Sequence record: NZ_CP022047.2
DNA from: a plasmid
Length of the DNA stretch: 64,000 bases
Reading direction: 5' to 3' (one strand)
How positions within the stretch are numbered: position 1 is the first letter of the stretch; each line of letters begins with the position of its first letter. Position numbers and translations under genes: made by a program. This document shows positions 60,712 through 64,000 of the stretch, in pieces. The notes below the pieces were generated by a model. It saw nothing but the letters and a program-made list of their open reading frames with translations, had not been told where the DNA came from and did no database searches.

Positions 60712-61034
60712 TGAATCTTAAACAAATTAAAAATTATCTTGATTATATGGAAAAAATTGAAAAGGAAATATTGAAAGAGTTTGGCATCGATTTAAATGAT
60801 TTAAAGATTATATTAATCATTTCAAATAATAACAATACTATTTCTAAAGTTGAAGCATATAAACACAGTAATTTAAAGGTAAGTGCATTTAATATTCATG
60901 TAAAAAAACTTTATAAGTTAGGTTATATTCATAAAGAGCGAGATGTGGTTGATGAAAGAACTTTAATATTATCCACAAATCAAAAACTAGTTAACAAAAT
61001 AGAAGAAAGATTTAATCTAATAAAGCGTCTTTAA
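60712..61034 (+). CDS. Small MarR-like regulator
   Basis: Start at 'MNLKQIKNYL' with SD 'AAGGGAGG'. HTH-like 'ISKVEAYKHSNLKVSAFNIHVKKLYKLGYIHKERDVVDER'. The track's 60612 start overlaps the aquaporin 3' end and is unlikely. Confidence 0.35.
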
Positions 61035-62533
61035 CTATTATTTAATTTATATAGTATATCTTTCCACTTATTTAATATATTTTTATAGGAAAATTGATTG
61101 GACTCATGAACGCTATTATCTCTTAACTTTTGTTGTAGTGTACTATCCTCTAAAAAGAACTTAACTTTTTCGTATAATTCTTCTTCATTATTTTTGTCAA
61201 TCAAAAATCCATTAATATTATTTTTGATCATTTCTCTAGGGCCATATGCAATGTCATAACTTATAACAGGTACACCATTAGATAAGGACTCTAATATTGC
61301 TAATGAGAATCCCTCCATATTACTAGTAATTAGGCTCAAATGAGAGGATTTCATTTCTTCTGTTAAATCTGATATAAACCCCCTAAATTTAACATATTCT
61401 TTTAAATCCATTGCTTCTACAAGGTCTTTTAGCTTATTTTGTTCACTTCCATAACCAAATAAGTGGAGTTCTATTTCTTTAAAATCATTTTTTAATTTTG
61501 AAATCAAACGTATTTGATGATCTAGTTGTTTTTCAGGTGAATATCGTGCTATTGAAATCATTTTAAATGGTTTGTCTGGAACAGGAGCTATCTCAATTGC
61601 ATGCTCTTCCTTATATCCAACTGGAATATTGTATACAGGAATTGAAGATGCAATTCTTTTATTTAAATCTATTTTTTGTTGTTCAGTAGAAACAATTATT
61701 GCAGAAAATCGATCGAGATTTTCAAAAACGGATTTATATATATTTTTAGTATTTGAATACTCAATATTATCATTATCTTTAACATGTGTACTATGTAATA
61801 CAGCAACTACAGGTATCTCCTTATTTATCATTAAAAATGGTGGAGAAGTATCAGCAGTTTTATCACTAAAATATATATCACCTTTTTCATACAATTCCTC
61901 ATAGAAAAATGAAACAAATTCATCATGAGTATTAAAATAGTAAGTCCTATTTTTAAATTCATTTAAAATAATCATCGTTAAATCATTTTTATCTGATCCA
62001 GTATCATAATATTTTTCTATTTTAACGTCTCCATTAGTATTAAAAAATTCTTCGTGAAGTACTCTTTGGTTTTCAGTAAGATATTTCGTACAACTAATAA
62101 AGCCTCTTATATCATACAAATCTCTCTTGATTTTTCTGCCCTTAAGATCAAAATGGTTAATATAGTTGATAAATTTGTAATTGTCATCATAAAAGTTAAC
62201 GTACATAATTTTTCTTCCATTAGAGAATATCCTTATATCATTAGTATCTGCTATATATTTAATTTCAAATCTATCTTCATAAATCCATTTAGATATCCAA
62301 TTAGGTATTGTATTTAGTTCAATATGTATTGTTTCTTGAAAGTAATCATAGATGGAAAATATGTCTTTATTAACACCAAATACTCCAGCATTGCCTGTTA
62401 ATCGAGGATTCCAAGTTAAAGTTATGATTTTAGAATGAAGTAGTTCTTGATCAAAAAGTTTAAACCTATTAATTACAGCTTTTTCTATTCCAGTTAATTT
62501 TTCGCCTATATTATTAATTACAAAATAATACAT
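61031..62533 (-). CDS. GT4-family glycosyltransferase of the TarM/SdgA/SdgB/GtfA type (N-terminal DUF1975-like domain)
   Basis: C-terminal 'EGFSLAILESLSNGVPVISYDIAYGPREMIKNNINGFLI' parallels TarM 'EGQGLSMIEAMISKRPVVAFDIKYGPSDFIEDNKNGYLI'. 500 aa. Confidence 0.65.
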   Translation of the reverse strand: MYYFVINNIGEKLTGIEKAVINRFKLFDQELLHSKIITLTWNPRLTGNAGVFGVNKDIFSIYDYFQETIHIELNTIPNWISKWIYEDRFEIKYIADTNDIRIFSNGRKIMYVNFYDDNYKFINYINHFDLKGRKIKRDLYDIRGFISCTKYLTENQRVLHEEFFNTNGDVKIEKYYDTGSDKNDLTMIILNEFKNRTYYFNTHDEFVSFFYEELYEKGDIYFSDKTADTSPPFLMINKEIPVVAVLHSTHVKDNDNIEYSNTKNIYKSVFENLDRFSAIIVSTEQQKIDLNKRIASSIPVYNIPVGYKEEHAIEIAPVPDKPFKMISIARYSPEKQLDHQIRLISKLKNDFKEIELHLFGYGSEQNKLKDLVEAMDLKEYVKFRGFISDLTEEMKSSHLSLITSNMEGFSLAILESLSNGVPVISYDIAYGPREMIKNNINGFLIDKNNEEELYEKVKFFLEDSTLQQKLRDNSVHESNQFSYKNILNKWKDILYKLNNS

Positions 62534-62829
62534 GTTATATCCTCCTGATTGTAAAACTTGGAAATCAGTTAATTATTGCTGAATGCCTTCTTTCCACTAT
62601 TTATACCATAAGTTTAAGCTATTTGTGAAATTAGATATCAGAACTACAATGCAGCTATTTTTAATGTAATTAATATTTTTTATATTTATTATTTAACTAA
62701 ATTTAATAATTTAATTAAATAATATGACTGAATATTAGTCAGATTTTCCCGTTTAATTTATATTTATTTCCCACGATTACTAGTGTATAATTCTCCTAGA
62801 TTTATATTAAATAAATAAGAGGTGTTAAA

Positions 62830-64000
62830 GTGGGGAAATTCAAAAAGCAAAGATTTGCGATTAGAAAATTCACTATGGGTATAGGTTCCGTTTTACTAGG
62901 ATTCACTATATTTTCTGTAGCCCATACTAGTGAAGCTAAGGCAAATGAAAGTGAAAAGGATTATATTTTAAAGCAGTCATCATCTACGGGTGCAGAAGAT
63001 GAAACTTCTGAGACAAAAGAATTAGAAGTAACGGGAAATAATGATGGTGTAAAATCACAAGAAGCAACTAATGATAATAATCAACCTATTGCTGAAGAAC
63101 AAAATGTTAGTCAAGAAGATAGTCCAACTAATGATTTGAATGACAATATCTCAGAAGAAGTGAATACTGAGGAATCTAACTCTGAGATAGAGGTAAATTC
63201 AGACAGTGAAACATCTGATTCTGATAAAGAAAAATTAGATTCAGACAGTGAAGCATCTGATTCTGATAAAGAAGAATTAGATTCAGACAGTGAAGCATCT
63301 GATTCTGATAAAGAAGAATTAGATTCAGATAGTGAAGCATCTGATTCTGATAAAGAAAAATTAGATTCAGATAGTGAAGCATCTGATTCTGATAAAGAAA
63401 AATTAGATTCAGATAGTGAAGCATCTGATTCTGATAAAGAAGAATTAGATTCAGACAGTGAAGCATCTGATTCTGATAAAGAAGAATTAGATTCAGACAG
63501 TGAAGCATCTGATTCTGATAAAGAAGAATTAGATTCAGATAGTGAAGCATCTGATTCTGATAAAGAAGAATTAAATTCAGACAGTGAAGCATCTGATTCT
63601 GATAAAGAAATATCAGATTCAGAGTCTGAGGCAATTGATTTAGCAAAACAAAAAGCAAAAGAAAAAGAAAAAAATGAATTAAAAGCAAAAGAAAAATCAC
63701 TTAAAGCTGTAAAAGCAGCTCCAGACCCATATCATGAAGTATCAAAAAAGTATTGGGGTGGTATTCTTGGGTTCTTCGGTAATAATGGTTTTACTGGAGA
63801 TATAGCAGCCGAGAAAAATTCATATGTAATTGGTGAAAATGTAAAAGCTAAAGGTGAATTTAAAAAAGCCGGACTTATTAATACTGATAAAGTTACTTAT
63901 CAGTGGTATATGTATAAAGATGGCAACTGGGTAATTCTTAGTGGTCAAACGAGTGATACTTTAACATATAAGCCAACAACTGAAGGAGAATATTGGTTCC
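62830..64000 (+). CDS. Secreted surface protein with a YSIRK-type signal peptide and N-terminal acidic Ser/Asp tandem repeats (3' end beyond the window)
   Basis: GTG start with SD 'AGAGGTG'. 'KKQRFAIRKFTMGIGSVLLG' YSIRK-G/S motif and 'AHTSEAKA' cleavage region. About 10 copies of 'DSDSEASDSDKEEL' follow. There is no stop before 64000. Confidence 0.7.
   Translation, partial: MGKFKKQRFAIRKFTMGIGSVLLGFTIFSVAHTSEAKANESEKDYILKQSSSTGAEDETSETKELEVTGNNDGVKSQEATNDNNQPIAEEQNVSQEDSPTNDLNDNISEEVNTEESNSEIEVNSDSETSDSDKEKLDSDSEASDSDKEELDSDSEASDSDKEELDSDSEASDSDKEKLDSDSEASDSDKEKLDSDSEASDSDKEELDSDSEASDSDKEELDSDSEASDSDKEELDSDSEASDSDKEELNSDSEASDSDKEISDSESEAIDLAKQKAKEKEKNELKAKEKSLKAVKAAPDPYHEVSKKYWGGILGFFGNNGFTGDIAAEKNSYVIGENVKAKGEFKKAGLINTDKVTYQWYMYKDGNWVILSGQTSDTLTYKPTTEGEYWF
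63190..63620 (+). repeat. 42-bp coding tandem repeats (~10 copies) encoding a 14-aa acidic SD-containing unit
   Basis: 'gattcagacagtgaagcatctgattctgataaagaagaatta' iterated with minor variants (acagt/atagt, gaagaa/gaaaaa). Confidence 0.85.

Noticed and set aside
63190-63620. Regular 42-bp direct repeats that could be mistaken for a CRISPR array
   Set aside because: The repeats are contiguous with no spacers. They lie in frame inside a signal-peptide-bearing ORF and encode an acidic 14-aa unit.
63176-63700. 174-aa minus-strand ORF rich in L/Q/N repeats ('LNLILLYQNQMLH' iterated)
   Set aside because: It is the antisense reading of the 42-bp Ser/Asp repeat region of the plus-strand YSIRK surface protein. 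It has no SD or start context and its periodicity mirrors the sense repeats.

Overview
The window is AT-rich, low-GC Firmicute DNA that looks like Staphylococcus, and it reads as a stretch of a large multi-replicon conjugative plasmid rather than chromosome. Supporting this, it carries two plasmid replication initiators (an Inc18 RepR/RepE-type at 41.2-42.7 kb and a RepA_N-type at 52.3-53.3 kb), two ParA/RHH partition cassettes, a Sin/Bin-type serine resolvase, and a complete Gram-positive type IV secretion/conjugation module at 11.9-37.5 kb on the minus strand. That module comprises a MOB_P relaxase, a MobC-like protein, a candidate oriT, topoisomerase III, a VirB1-like CHAP hydrolase, VirB3-, VirB4- and VirB6-like proteins, a VirD4 coupling protein and an LPXTG adhesin, with a dedicated sortase and a CPBP protease nearby. 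Cargo and accessory genes include a DagK-family lipid kinase, Usp, a LysM amidase, a thermonuclease, an ArdC-like/primase-like fusion, an MFS transporter, an AEC transporter, an aldehyde dehydrogenase, an HxlR regulator, a TetR-controlled paired SMR pump, an aquaporin, and a TarM/SdgB-like GT4 glycosyltransferase divergent from a YSIRK surface protein with 42-bp acidic Ser/Asp tandem repeats. The most interesting unannotated content is small: at least five type I toxin-antitoxin loci that a 60-aa ORF cutoff cannot see. Two are tandem Fst/PepA1-like modules at 11.3-12.0 kb, a third plus a remnant lies at 24.1-24.6 kb, another remnant is fused to the resolvase 3' end, and a ~450-bp module duplicated at 43.9-45.5 kb carries a BsrG/TxpA/SprG-like toxin peptide converging on an sRNA with compensatory stem changes. 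Other notable signals are a 454-bp segment bounded by 29-bp inverted repeats that abuts a gene start, a family of long ACATGT-rich palindromes upstream of rep, parA and the aquaporin gene, and recombination-scar repeats. No CRISPR array, tRNA or rRNA was found.
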